Source: Octopus sinensis
Taxonomy: Eukaryota
Direction of reading: 5' to 3'
Assembly: GCF_006345805.1 (NCBI RefSeq)
Contig: NC_043011.1
Coordinates: forward strand, 25,556,464-25,620,463
Length of the DNA: 64,000 nucleotides
Shown here: piece by piece, positions 24,835 through 39,391 of the stretch
Numbering within the stretch: position 1 is the stretch's first letter
Layout: the number at the start of each line of letters is the position of its first letter
The notes under the pieces: model-generated
Databases searched by the model: none
What the model was told of the DNA's origin: nothing
What the model saw: the letters and a program-made list of their open reading frames with translations, nothing else
Made by a program: the position numbers and the translations under genes

Positions 24835-25614
24835 GACTCACACGCACACATACTTAGATATGTGATTGCAAAGATTACAAAAATAAAAAAAAAATTTACT
24901 AGTTGAAATTGGTACTTAATTTAATACATTGCTGTATGCCTAAATATATCTGTGAAACGAAATAATTTTTTTCCTATCTGTGAATATATGCATGTGTGTG
25001 TGTGTATACATACACATATATACATATACATGCACACACATATATATATATTTGTGCATATTTGTGCATGTGTATATATATATATACATTATTCATGTAT
25101 GTATATAATAATAATAATTGTGTACAGTGCTCAGGTGCACTACATATCTATGTACATACAAACACACACACATACATACGTACATGCATACATACATACA
25201 TACATACATTCACATACATTCACATATACACAGATTTTAAAGTCAAACACTTGCATACACACACATACACACCCACACATACATGTATGCATGCACAGAG
25301 AGAAAAACCCATTTTTTAACTCTATATTATTTACCTATAAAAGCCCAAGTATTAGTGACCTTTGGTGAAAGAGAAGCCATACGCAGTATAGTTTGATGCA
25401 GAGAAAGAGACTTTGTTAAAAGAGCATATCATATGTTGAAGATAAAAACAGAAATGCTATGGAGGAATGTGATAATTCAGTAACTATTCCTCCTTTTCAC
25501 TCTCTCTATCTTTGCTGCCTGTTCTATTTATTTACGAACTAGCAGCTGCTAGGTTCCTTTGTTTATCACTTCACTTCAATTAGGAGTCTAGTTTTTATAA
25601 TCATTTGGCACTCA

Positions 25615-25691
<77 letters not shown>

Positions 25692-26605
25692 GTGTGTGTG
25701 TGTTTGCGTGTGTGTGCGTGCGCGCGCGTGTGTGCTACTGTCACATTTCGAGACTGACTTAGATATTCATTCTTTACTGGGAGGCTGATAAAATAAAGTA
25801 CTAGTTCAGTACTGGAAGTACCTTCAAAATTTCTAACTTGTGCCCCGAGTTACAACTTGAATTGTTATCACTGTATAACTGACTTATGTGTTTATGTTGA
25901 ACAACTGTGGTTGTGTGATGAAAGCAGACACATCCTGCTATCAACTGTAAAGATTGACCCACTGCTTTCCTGTAGTAAAGAAGAGTGACATGCCTTCCTA
26001 TGCTTGTTGACTACAATGAAGGAGTGTTCTGTTGTTCTGTGGCGGATGTGGCTGAAAAGTTTGAAAACTGAGCTTTTTCCCTCACCCATCAAGACCTCAT
26101 CAATTTCTTCAAGTATCCTTTAAAGAGGATGGTGAGGGCTTCCCAACTATATTGTTTTGAGTTCAGTCCCATTGTGTGGCATCTTCAGCAAGTGTCTTTT
26201 ACTGTAGCCCTGGGTTAACCAAACCCTTGTGCATAGATTTAGTAGAAACCAAATGATGGTACCTGCTACACACACACACACATGTAAATATATATAGATA
26301 TGTATGCATGTATATATGTTTGTGTGTGTGCATATGTTTGTGTCACCTTGTCTTGATATTGCATGATTGTTGTAAATGAATATTGTTCATTTACAATATT
26401 CAGCAAAAACATATTTGGCCATGGGGGAATATTACCTGGACTAGAAGTAGGTAAGGGTTGGCAACAGGAAAGGCATCCAGCTGAAGAAAATCTGCCACAG
26501 TAAAACCCTGTCCAATCCATGCAAGCATTGAAAGGCAAACATTAAAATGCTGATTGTCATAACGAGGAAGATACAATAAAAAATTTGGAAGGATTTAATA
26601 ATATA

Positions 26606-26822
26606 CGAGGGGCTGCCGGAAAGTTCCTGGTTTTAAGGGTATCATGAAAGGCCTAGTTGGAGGCCCAACCTTCCAAGTTCTTTTACAGGGCTTAGAAAAA
26701 CTAAAGGATCACTGCAATAAGTGTGTGAATCTGAAAAGGGAATATGTTGAATAAAATCATAATTAACTGATCCTCCTGTATTTTCTGTTACCCAAAGCTA
26801 GGAACTTTTCGGTACCCCCTCG
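26606..26822 (+). mobile_element. Mariner-derived MITE
   Basis: TA on both sides. 25-bp TIRs match 21/25. The interior keeps a transposase C-terminus (HCNKCVNLKREYVE*). Confidence 0.85.
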
Positions 26823-27774
26823 TAATTAATTTTTTCATTACTAATCAGATGCTTTGAACTTACCTTTAGCAAAATGTTCTCATAGAAAACTATAATAGGC
26901 TTAATATGTTTAAATTTATAAATATAAACACACTTTAAAATGATCAGATTTACATCATTAAATCATTGGCAGTTTCAAGCAAGTTGATATCAAAAGGTTT
27001 AACCAGGCATTGGTAAATCACTGATAAAGCACTGTTTTCATTAATCCGGCTCTGATAAGGTAACTATTAGTAACAGTAGAACTTTAATTATACATTTAAG
27101 ATTTAGTCCATTATTTCACAACTGATAAATATCAACCTTCAACCCCATATTAATTTTTCTTTTATTAATCTGGTATAAACAATTCAAGCAGTATTAAATT
27201 AAAATATCTAAATGTGTCTAATACGTAATGTATATATGCTGTTGATAAGCTAGTTATTGCAGTATTTGTCCTGAGAAAGCATCTCTTATTAACGTGTTGT
27301 GTTAAAATTACAATAAATATTGGAAAGAAATGAAAATTCATCCCAGCAGTGGCCGGTAGGAATGCCAGATGCAGTTTGGCTTTTTATTTTGCCCTTTGCA
27401 GGCACATACTGTTTTTAGCATAGGAGATCCATAAGAGATGTTATTTCAGGACAGATATCACAGTAACTGGCCTATCAACAATGTATATACATTAAGTATG
27501 ATATACAGATAGCTATTTTAATTTAATACTGTCTCAATTCTGTATATAAGATTAAAAAGAGAAAGAGAGGAAAAGCATTGATACATATATGTATATGTGC
27601 GTGCAGATCCACATATATGGAGACAAATGTAGGAGGTTACGGGGGTATGTAAGGTTGCAAGGTCAACCTGTGGTCTGCATAGATATCAGTGGTTAGGAAC
27701 CCTGTCACTGGATATGGGGCAGCCAGTGTTGAGGTACAGCCGAATTCTAAGGTGGTAATCTGCGACCTTGATGT

Positions 27775-29030
27775 CAGAATCATCATGGACGCCAGAAAGT
27801 CAATCCTGGTTTACAACGGTTCCTTGTGAGTGAAGAAAGAAAGCAGTCCACTGTTTGATATTTCTACAGGAAACTACCATGAGACTAAGATTGCTGACTT
27901 CGCTGGGTTATTTATCTTGGCTACCCACAAGAAACACACACTTCCACATAGGTCAGTTCTTTACAGGGACAACAGCCTGGCAATCTCAAGCCATATGAAC
28001 AGTCACACCTTGGACAAATTTAGAAAGGACCTAATAAAAATATTTAAAGAATTGGCCTATCCATAACAGTTTCCCCCAACTTGATCACAGTTGTCCTCCA
28101 AGATGTGACCTCAGACCTGAAAACAAGCAAGTACTACTGTTACAGAAAGCTGAACGAGGAAACTGTGTATATCAAGAGAAGCTCGAATCACTTCCCCACA
28201 GCTGTAAAAAGAAACCTAGTTTCAGGCATTAGCAGAAGACTGTCTAAGCTTTCAGCTGATAGGGAAATCTGCAACAGGGCTTTCCCCAACTAAAATGACT
28301 CAACAGGGAGGAGTGGATTTTCTTAGAAATTAGTATATTTGAAGGGAACCTAACCTCCACTCCTGCACCCAAAGAGGACCAGAAAGAGAAAGTTAATCTG
28401 GTTCAACCCTCTGTTTAACCTAGAAGTTTCCACCAACGTAGCTAGGAGCTTCTTGTCATGGAAAAGGATCATCAATATTATAAGCTTTTCAACCCACATT
28501 ACATCAAGGTGAGCTACTCTTGTTTGGATAATGTTGTTTCTAACACTGTATGTTACAACAGATGTAAACATGCACTTGCACAACCTCCAACCCCAACTAG
28601 CAATTGCACAAATCCTACTAGCTGCCCTTTTGGAGAATCCTGTTTCTCAAGAGCTGTAGTCTACAGAGCCCCCCTCATACTACCTGGTGGCATTACAAGG
28701 CACTACATGGGCTTGACAACCAATGAATGCAGAATATGCATTTGCTTAGATGCAGGGATAGAGAGAATTCTTTGTCTCACTTCCTCTGGAGACTTCGTGA
28801 CCTCTGGAATGAAACCCCCAACATCAAATGGACTATCATCAACACCTTACTCACCTAGCCCCCACAATTACCTGCTCTATCTTTATGAAAGACTGCATAT
28901 CCTCCATCAACCTGCAATATCTATCAACAAGAAATATGAACTATCTTATTGCTGCTGTTAGAAGTACACCCTCTTGGTGAACTTCAAACCACTGACCACC
29001 GACAACCCAAATATATGATCTTAAAATTTG
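27775..29030 (+). mobile_element. Penelope-like element remnant (RT plus GIY-YIG), disrupted
   Basis: Frames give FDI.TG.Y...(LYRDN)...Y..YRK.N....YI...SNH.P...K.N...I.RRLS, WFNP.F, and HYMGLT of the GIY-YIG region. Confidence 0.85.
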
Positions 29031-29091
29031 GCTACACCTCAACATTAGCTACCCCACATCTGCACACACACACATACACGTATATACATAG

Positions 29092-29174
<83 letters not shown>

Positions 29175-29199
29175 TACACACATATATGTATATATAGAT

Positions 29200-30720
29200 A
29201 ATGATAAAGAGAACAGAGATTTTTCAAGTCTATAATTTTAACAACATTCACAGCATTCTTTTCTGGACCTGAGTGAATTTCAACTGCGTCGACTGCACAC
29301 TGTTGGATATGCAACCTGGTCGCATGGTTGGTACAGTTTCATCAGGGTCCTTACTCCCAGCCATTTCGAAGTGGAACTGAAGGAATCAGCAAACTGAATG
29401 AATAAAGTGTTTTTTAGGTGGTATGGGTGCTATTGTTAATAGTTGTAGGAATCTTGACCTAGGGTTCACTTTTACTAAATGTGGTAAGCAAAGCGAAACA
29501 TAGTCCTAAAAATAGGTCAAAGTTGGATTGAATGTTTATGTACATTTATTATTACTACTAGAAGTTTACCGTTCCACTCATTTCAAAGAGAATGTTCAAT
29601 TTTTATTTATTTTTTTGTTCTTGTCACAATTGTTATTTTAGTAATTTTATTATTATATAAAGTGTAATGTGTTTATTTGAATTATTTAAATGTAAATTTT
29701 CTTGCATGAAGGCATCTTAGACTATGTTATTGTCCTGTGTTTATTAGATTAAATGTAGAAGTGAAAATTTCGTACATTTCCTCTACTCATAGGTCGCATC
29801 TTTTACCCCTTTCTGTAAGGTTTAGCCTTACTAATAATATTCCAGCCAATTGAATATATTTTGTAACTATCCTTCAGTGACCAAATTAATTTACTAATGC
29901 CAGTATAACTGTTCTTGTTCTTATTTCTGAAAGAATTTTCATGGTTAGCTACTCTTTGTTTAATAAAACATGAGCTGGCATCGACTCTCTGTCTTCTGAC
30001 GTAACTTTGCACCTGTAAACCACATTTTTAATCTTACATTTAAAATTTAAAGGACATTGTCCATTCCTTGTGCAATCACAGATATTAGCTCTTCTAATTC
30101 TATTATTATTTTCTATGTTGGTTTCATTAAGGGTAATCTCTAACTTATTTTGCCTATTTTCCAGGTTATTTCTTCTATTCCTATTGATGATATTCTGGGT
30201 ACTTCACTTTTTATCATTCTAGTTTTCCCTTCCTAGTCTCACGTTTGAATTAGTTATGGTTGATTCCCTTTGATTAGTGCTTCTGCTATAGCTGTTTCTC
30301 ACACCCTTAGCTTGGTTAATTATATTAACATTGTTACTATTTATTACTAATCCACTATTTATATTTGAGTTACTACCATTAGTATTCTCAAGGAAATTAC
30401 TTAACTTACTCCTGTTGTGTGCTGCTATAATTTGCTTGATGTTCCAGCTATTTGCTATTTATTGGAAAATATTTTTCCAATTTCAGGTAGAACAATTAAT
30501 TAAGTTGAAAAGAATTTGCTTTCTGAAGGAACTTATATACCACTTGGCATTTTTAGAGAAATTTTTGGTATGGTTGCCTGCAGTTTTAGTTAAGGGTATA
30601 GTAAAAGTGCTTAATCTGTTTCCCTGGATTTTATATTTGGTCCTCTTGTTATTACAGTTGTTAATTATTTGTGTAGTTCCAGTGGACTGATCCAGTTAAC
30701 TTCTTTATCCAAGTGCAGCT
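29200..30720 (-). mobile_element. Second Penelope-like element remnant (GIY-YIG end plus 3' region), tail-to-tail with the first
   Basis: ORF 29803-30012 has FIKQRVANHENSF...ISKLIWSLKD..Y.I.W.IISKAKPY, then RCDL. A hammerhead-like motif lies downstream at 29265-29350. Confidence 0.8.
29265..29350 (-). ncRNA. Degenerate type I hammerhead-like motif with enlarged stem II
   Basis: GGACC-CUGAUGA-AACUG...CAGUU-GAAA-UUCACUCA-GGUCC. Stem III and the cleavage triplet are non-canonical. Confidence 0.5.
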
Positions 30721-31096
30721 TATTAATGCTTCAATTACTATTTAAGTTTCTTGATACGTTATGTGACCCTAATTCTTTAAAATCGCTACTAACTTTCATA
30801 TTAGTTGGTATTCTATAGTTATTTTCCCAGCGTTCGAAATTCCTACCCCCATCTCTCTCCTGATTGTTGATGGTGCTATGAGTCTCAACTGAATGGCTGG
30901 CTGTAGCCTTAAAAAGCAAATAAAAGTCACATTCGATCACAGCACCAATAACAGTTGGGCTTTGTGCAATGGCCATACTCGATAACGAGGGGGCAGCCAT
31001 CATGTACGTATGTATGTATGTATGATGTATGATGTATGATGTATGTATGTATGTGTGTGTGTGTGTGTGTGTGTAGTATGTATGTATGTATGTGTG

Positions 31097-31128
<32 letters not shown>

Positions 31129-31419
31129 TGTATGTATGTGTGTATATGTATATATGTATGTATGTATGTGTGTGTGTATGTATCCATCCATCCATATATA
31201 TACATACATATATAATACACACACACACACACGCATAATATAATATCTGTATGTATGTGTGTGCATATGTGTGCGTATGTGTATGTGTATCTGCTTACAT
31301 ACGATGTCATTTTTGTATTATTTTTTCACACATTACTATGAACCACATTTATCTATAAGGATTCTATAGCCATAGTAAGTAATTATCTCATCAATTTACG
31401 AAAGAAAATAAGAACCTGC

Positions 31420-31660
31420 AATAGGAACTTGAAGTATCGGAGCCTGGCAGTGAACTACTATCTCTTCCAGCCTGTGGTGTTTGAGACATTTGGAGGGATG
31501 AGCCACTAACTGCAAAGTTCTTGTCATTGTTGGCAGGTCACCTTACCAAGGTACCAGGTGATGCCAGTGAGGGCGCTTGGCTTTTAGCAACGCCTTAGCC
31601 TCGCCGTTGCCTGTGGTAATGCTGCGAGCGTGCTGGCTTGTTGACTTTGTAGCGTGTGAC
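31420..31660 (+). mobile_element. CRE/NeSL-like (RLE-type) LINE C-terminal fragment
   Basis: KYRSLAVNYYLFQPVVFETFGG...AWL.QRLSLAVACGNAASVL pattern with frameshifts. Confidence 0.7.
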
Positions 31661-31870
31661 CAATTAAAGTACTTGGTGCTGCATTGATGTAATTACTCTA
31701 TTTCTTCTATTTTTCTTTTTTTCTTGCCCTTCTTTCTCCCTACTGCTTTTTCTTTCCTTTGTCTTTCTTTTGTAAAAACTTATGAAAGAATCATGATTAT
31801 TGTTTAGGATTTGTATTATAATGTGGTTCTGTATTATTCATGTATCATATACATACATGTTACATATATG

Positions 31871-31914
<44 letters not shown>

Positions 31915-31919
<5 letters not shown>

Positions 31920-33142
31920 ATGCTCTGAGACCAACTTCTGTCACTTTCCAGGGAGAAAAACTAGAAATAGTTGATAGCTTCCGTTACCTAGGTGACCAAG
32001 TCAGCAGCGGGGGCAGGTGTACTGAAAGTAAGAATAGCTTGGGCAAAGTTCAGAGAGCTCTTACCTCTGCTGGTGACAAAAGGCCTCTCACTCAGAGTAA
32101 AAGGCAGACTGTATGACGCGTGTGTACGAACAGCCATGCTACATGGCAGTGAAACATGGGCCGTGACTGCTGAGGATATGCGTAAGCTCGCAAGAAATGA
32201 AGCCAGTATGCTCCGATGGATGAGTAATGTCAGTATTTATACTCGACAGAGTGTAAGTACCTTGAGAGAAAAGCTGGACCTAAGAAGCATCAGATGTGGT
32301 GTGCAAGAGAGACGTTTGTGCTGGTATGGACATGTGGCGAGAATGGATGAAGATAGTTGTGTGAAAAAGTGCCACACCCTAGCGGTTGAGGGAACCTGTG
32401 GAAGAGGCAGACCCAGGAAAACCTGGGACGAGGTGGTGAAGCACGACCTTCGAACTTTAGGTCTCACTGAAGAAATGACTAGAGACCGGGACCTCTGGAA
32501 GTATGCTGTGCGTGAGAAGACCAGGCAGGACAAGTGAGACCATAACCCATGGCCTTCTACATGGGATGTAGCCAGCCCACTTATGCATACCTTCCCTTCT
32601 TGGGACACAAAACTCTACTTGTGAAGACCTGTTGAGGCAAGTGAGAACCAGGATCGAAATCGATCAATGGAAATTGCAGCTGAGTTACAAGTGCTGGTGG
32701 CACGTAAGAGAACCATCCGAACGTGGCCGTTGCCAGCGCCACACCGACTGGCCTCGTACCGGTGGCATGTAAAAAGCACCATCTGTTCGTAGCCGTTGCC
32801 AGCACCGCCCCGACTGGCCTCGTGCCAGTGGCACGTAAAAAGCACCATCCGTTCGTGGCCGTTGCCAGCGCCGCCCCGACTGGCCTCGTGCCGGTGGCAC
32901 GTAAAAAGCACTATCCGATCGTGGCCGTTGCCAGCCTCGTCTGGCACCTGTGCCGGTGGCACGTAAAAAGCACCCACTACACTCATGGAGTGGTTGGCGT
33001 TAGGAAGGGCATCCAGCCGTAGAAACATTGCCAGATCAAACTGGGCCTGGTGCAGCCTTCTGGCTTCCCAGACCCCAGTTGAACCGTCCAACCCATGCTA
33101 GCATAGAAAGCGGACGCTAAACGATGATGATGATGATGATGA

Positions 33143-33145
<3 letters not shown>
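31915..33145 (+). mobile_element. RTE-clade LINE 3' end: ORF2 C-terminus (open about 32030-32537), 3' UTR with 66-bp tandem repeats, (GAT)n tail
   Basis: AMLHGSETW, RRLCWYGHVARM, GRGRPRKTW motifs. Stop at 32535-32537. CpGs are retained. Confidence 0.92.
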
Positions 33146-33234
<89 letters not shown>

Positions 33235-33237
<3 letters not shown>

Positions 33238-33548
33238 TTTAGTGGTTAGGGCATTCGGCTCACGATTGTAAGGTCGTGAGTTCGATTCCCTGTGATGCGT
33301 TGTGTTCCTTGGGCAAGACACTTTATTTCACGTTGCTCTAGTCCACTCAGCTGGCAAAAATGAGTTGTACATGTATTTCAAAGGGCCGGCCTTGTCACGC
33401 TCTGCATCACGCCGAGTCTCCCTGAGAACTACATTAAGGGTACACGCGTCTGTGGAGTGCTCAGCCACTTGCACGTTAAATTCACGAGCAGGCTGTTCCG
33501 TTGATCGTATCAGCTGAGACCCTCATCGTCGTAACCGACGGGGTGCTC
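33235..33548 (+). mobile_element. tRNA-derived SINE family D with recognisable A and B boxes
   Basis: tggtttagtgg (A box), gagttcgattcc (B box), then ccttgggcaagacacttt..gtccactcagctg. A related copy is on the - strand at 46372-46600. Confidence 0.85.
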
Positions 33549-34185
33549 CTGCCTGTTTTATATATATAATAAAATTTTGGCAGGGAAAATATGTACAGAC
33601 CAAACTCATGGTTCCAACACCGTACAAAATAAAATATTTCATTTGGGTTTACATTCTAACAACTTCGATATCTCAAAAAAAAAACGTTCTATAAATAATT
33701 CGCATGAAGTTAGTTTACAGTGCAAGGGAGATAATTAATATTGTAGTTCTCTCCCTTGCATTATAAATCATAAAAAATAGTCTACATGCACGACGATTCT
33801 TTCCTATAGACTTAGGTTAATATTTATTGTTTTGAACTTTTATAACTATTATAAGTATTATAACTAGAATATTTTTTTTAGTCTTCTTCTACAAATATAG
33901 CTCCTTTAACATTACGTAAAAAAGATGTTTTTTTGACTTGTTGAACTCAAGAATTAATCTCTGTTCGTGAATGAAAGTTAAGAAGAATTACGAATTTTCT
34001 GAAAAAGTAAACTAGATATTATAGGCGCGGGAGTGGCTGTGTGGTAAGAAGCTTCTTTCCCAACCACATGGTCCTGTGTTCAGTCCTACTGCATGGCACC
34101 CTGGGCAAGTGTATTTTATAGCCTTGAGTCAACCAAAGCCTTGTGAGTGGACTTGGTAGACGGAAACTGAAAGAAGCCCGTCGTG

Positions 34186-35690
<1,505 letters not shown>

Positions 35691-35904
35691 TTGTTGAAAT
35701 GGAAAGATGAATTATCCTGTTACGGATTATTCATAAGTTTAACCGATACCTGGGTAGCAAAAATCACAGCAGAAAAAACACGGTTGGAGATAAGACCATA
35801 TGGTGTTGCAACCGTGCGTTGGTGCGGATAATTGAAGTTTAATATAATTAGTGAATGGAAGAAATGGAGTTGAACGAAGATTGTACAGAATTCCTTTTAT
35901 TACA

Positions 35905-35990
35905 TTCTACACATGTTTCAAAGGCCACAATTTTCCAAATTCTGATTAAATAAGGATACCATATTGCAGCTTTCTCTTCAGGAAAAACCA
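35905..35990 (-). ncRNA. Hammerhead-like motif with palindromic ACAUGU stem III but G at position 17
   Basis: CUGAAGA-G-AAAGCUGCAAU...AUUGUGGCCUUU-GAAA-CAUGU-G. Stem I is weak. Confidence 0.45.
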
Positions 35991-37710
35991 GGAATTACGT
36001 TGTCAGAACAAAACAAAACAAAGGCGCAGCAAAGCAATTCGAACGAGGACGCTCCTTAAGAGCCCATGGGTAAAATGTTTATCAATGTACGTTTATCAAT
36101 GTACGTTGGTGGGGGCCGACAAAAGGTCCGTTGGAATAAATCCAGGTCAGGCCGTGGTCAAATCTAGTAGGTGAGGAATTAATGAGAACAAGGGGTGTGG
36201 AGATGTTCTATGTGACCAAAGCTAATGTTCTGAATATATATATATATATATATATATATCGTATATATGTGTATATATATATATATGTATGTGTGTGTGT
36301 TTGTGCGTCTGTGTTTGTACCCCGAGAGTAAAAGTATATATATACTCTTTACTCTTTTACTTGTTTCAGTCATTTGACTGCGACCATGCTGGAGCACTGC
36401 CTTTAGTCGAGCAAATCGACCCCAGGACTTGTTCTTTGCAAGCCTAGTACGTTTTCTATCGGTCTCTTTTGCCGAAGCGCTAAGTTACGGGGACGTAAAC
36501 ACACCAGCCTCGGTTGTCAAACGATGTTGAGGGGGGACAAACACAGACGCACATACATACATACATATATATGTATATATGAAGCGAGGTGGCGTCATTG
36601 AAGGCTAAAACAATGCGAAGCGCATTGTGACCAGCGATGTGTAGCAACATCCGATGGCCTGGTCGGTCACGTGATCACGTGATATATGAAATACAAGGAA
36701 ACGAAAAAATTGTAAGTGTAGACGAACTTTAATTCAATATACAGTCTACAAATTGTTTCGGAGTCTAATTAATTCCAAAGACAAAGATGAAAGACTCTTC
36801 ATAAAATACAAATTAGATTGCTCATCAGGAATTACATACTGGTATGAATGATTATGACCAACAAAAATATACAAAGACCTTTCGTAGCCCAGACGTGAAC
36901 AAATAAATGAAAGACAACAAGAACATCAGATATTCAAAACTAGAATATATATATATGTCCTTATTTAAACTTAGTAATGTGGTAAAATCAAACGAGAGTA
37001 AAAATAAAGAATTGTTCAGTTTAGGGATACTAAAGAGTAAATCAAAATTAAGGGGAGTAAGCCATCACTTGACAACCGGTGTTGGTGTGTTTACATCCCC
37101 GCAACTTAGACCTGACAGAATAAGTACTAGGCTTACAAAGAATGTCCTAGGCTCTATTTGTTCGGCTGAAAACGGTGTTCCAGAATGGCCGCAGTCAAAT
37201 GACTGAAACAAGTAAAAGAGCATTACTGTTTTAATGATTCCAAATGTTGATCAGACTATTGACTAAAAGGCACCTTGGACAAGCGCCTCCTACTCTAGCC
37301 CCAGGTCTTGTTTACGAATTTGATAGACGGAAAATGTTTGCGTATTTGCATTCTACACAGGAATTCATACAATTATAAAAAAATAAAGGAAAAGAAAACT
37401 GTGTGTGTGATTTAAGGGCGATTTAGGGGTTGTTTTTAGCGCATCTCACGACTCCCTGATACTTTCCTCGTGTCTTTGTTACTGACATGTATTGATGGTT
37501 TTCAATATTTTTCTTCCCATAAACACATTTAATGGAATGATGATGCAACCAACAGTGGGCCATTGCTGGTTTTAAGCAAAAAATTTGGACAGCCCGTTTT
37601 TAAACTGTGATTTAAAAATAGAATTCGAAAAAGAGTGGAAATTTTAGAATTTATGGGGAAGTAGGGTATTAAAAAAAAATTCATAATCGTATGAATTCCT
37701 GTGTGTAGAG

Positions 37711-37929
37711 CAGTGCTTTTCAAACTTTTTGCTGGAGCGGAACCCATAGGAAACATTCCACTGGCTCGAGGAACCCCTGTGCAATAATTTAATAGTCTTA
37801 TGCACACATATCTGTACAGGAGAATTAAAAATTACTGCCGATTTTAGCAGTTTTGTAACTTCTTGCGGAACCCCTAGACTGTACTGGCGGAACCCTAAGG
37901 TTCCGCGGAACCCTGGTTGAAAACCACTG
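37711..37929. mobile_element. hAT-family MITE
   Basis: TIRs cagtg(c/g)ttttcaa. Perfect 8-bp TSD gtgtagag at 37703-37710 and 37930-37937. Confidence 0.92.
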
Positions 37930-38513
37930 GTGTAGAGCATGCATTCGCAAAAATTTTCTGGAACTTGTAAATAAAAAAAAAGAAGTTATGAGTGGTTATG
38001 TAGGGTGCTTAAACCAGAATTCCGCCAAAGAGAAATATGCATTGGATGCTTTAATACTAGACACATTAAACACCATAAACGACAGTATATTCACGGAGTT
38101 AAAATGAATCTGTTTATAGTTGTCATTCAATCACAAATGGTAAACAAATCAATTCTTATTTTTAAAAAAGACTATGTGAGTTACCTCCCCGTAGAAATTG
38201 CCTCCCTCACCAATTATTGACCTGATTCGGTAGTGTTTACCTTAGCAACACATTTACTCCCTGCAAATGTCAGTTTATTCAGGTCGAATGATCCCAGACA
38301 AATTGAATAAGACGAATTAAAACCTAAGCAACGTTTTTGGACGATGACCTGATACAGCATCTGTTTGCTTCTACAGCTGTTGTGCAAATTAAGGTAAGGT
38401 TCGTGAAAATTAGATATAATAAAATTGCTCTTTATACATCCAAGCACCTACCTTTTAATTATATGCATATACTAAAATATACTCATATGCATATATGCAT
38501 ATAAATGCATGCA

Positions 38514-38582
<69 letters not shown>

Positions 38583-38672
38583 GCATGTATACACACACAC
38601 ACACCACACATATATACAAAAATGTATTTGTTATAGCATGTGTACTTACTTGCTTGCCCTTAATATAAATTC

Positions 38673-38718
<46 letters not shown>

Positions 38719-38773
38719 ACACACATATATGTATGCATGTATGTATCTATCTATTTATCTATCAATCTATCTA

Positions 38774-38807
<34 letters not shown>

Positions 38808-38812
38808 AATAT

Positions 38813-39001
<189 letters not shown>

Positions 39002-39352
39002 CATACATACACCTACATACATGCTCAAACACGCACACACACACACACACACACGCACACACATTTATTGTAATTGAATCGTCACAGTTTTATCCTAGTA
39101 TAGCATTTTCACCTCTGAGCAGCAATAAGCAATTTCACACAGACCAAAATATTTCAGCATATTCTTGGTCAAAGGTAATTTACATAAATAAAACAAAAGA
39201 AAAAAAAATGCTGACAGAAAATAATTGAAGTAGGGGCATTTGCATGGATTTGAATAGCAAGGTTGACAGGCTGGGTTCATGTACTGAATAAACTACGTGG
39301 TAAATTCTTAATATATTAATATATTCTTCACAAACAAAGTAAACAAAGCAAT

Positions 39353-39391
<39 letters not shown>

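Noticed and set aside
32691-32975. Regularly spaced palindromic repeats resembling a CRISPR array
   Set aside because: The inter-repeat segments are homologous rather than unique spacers, the context is a eukaryotic LINE 3' UTR, and there are no cas genes.
33235-33300. tRNA-like sequences at SINE heads
   Set aside because: A and B boxes are present but there is no complete cloverleaf or acceptor stem, and they continue into SINE bodies, so they are not tRNA genes.
38214-38447. 77-aa minus-strand ORF in unique sequence
   Set aside because: No recognisable motif and no consistent splice partners.
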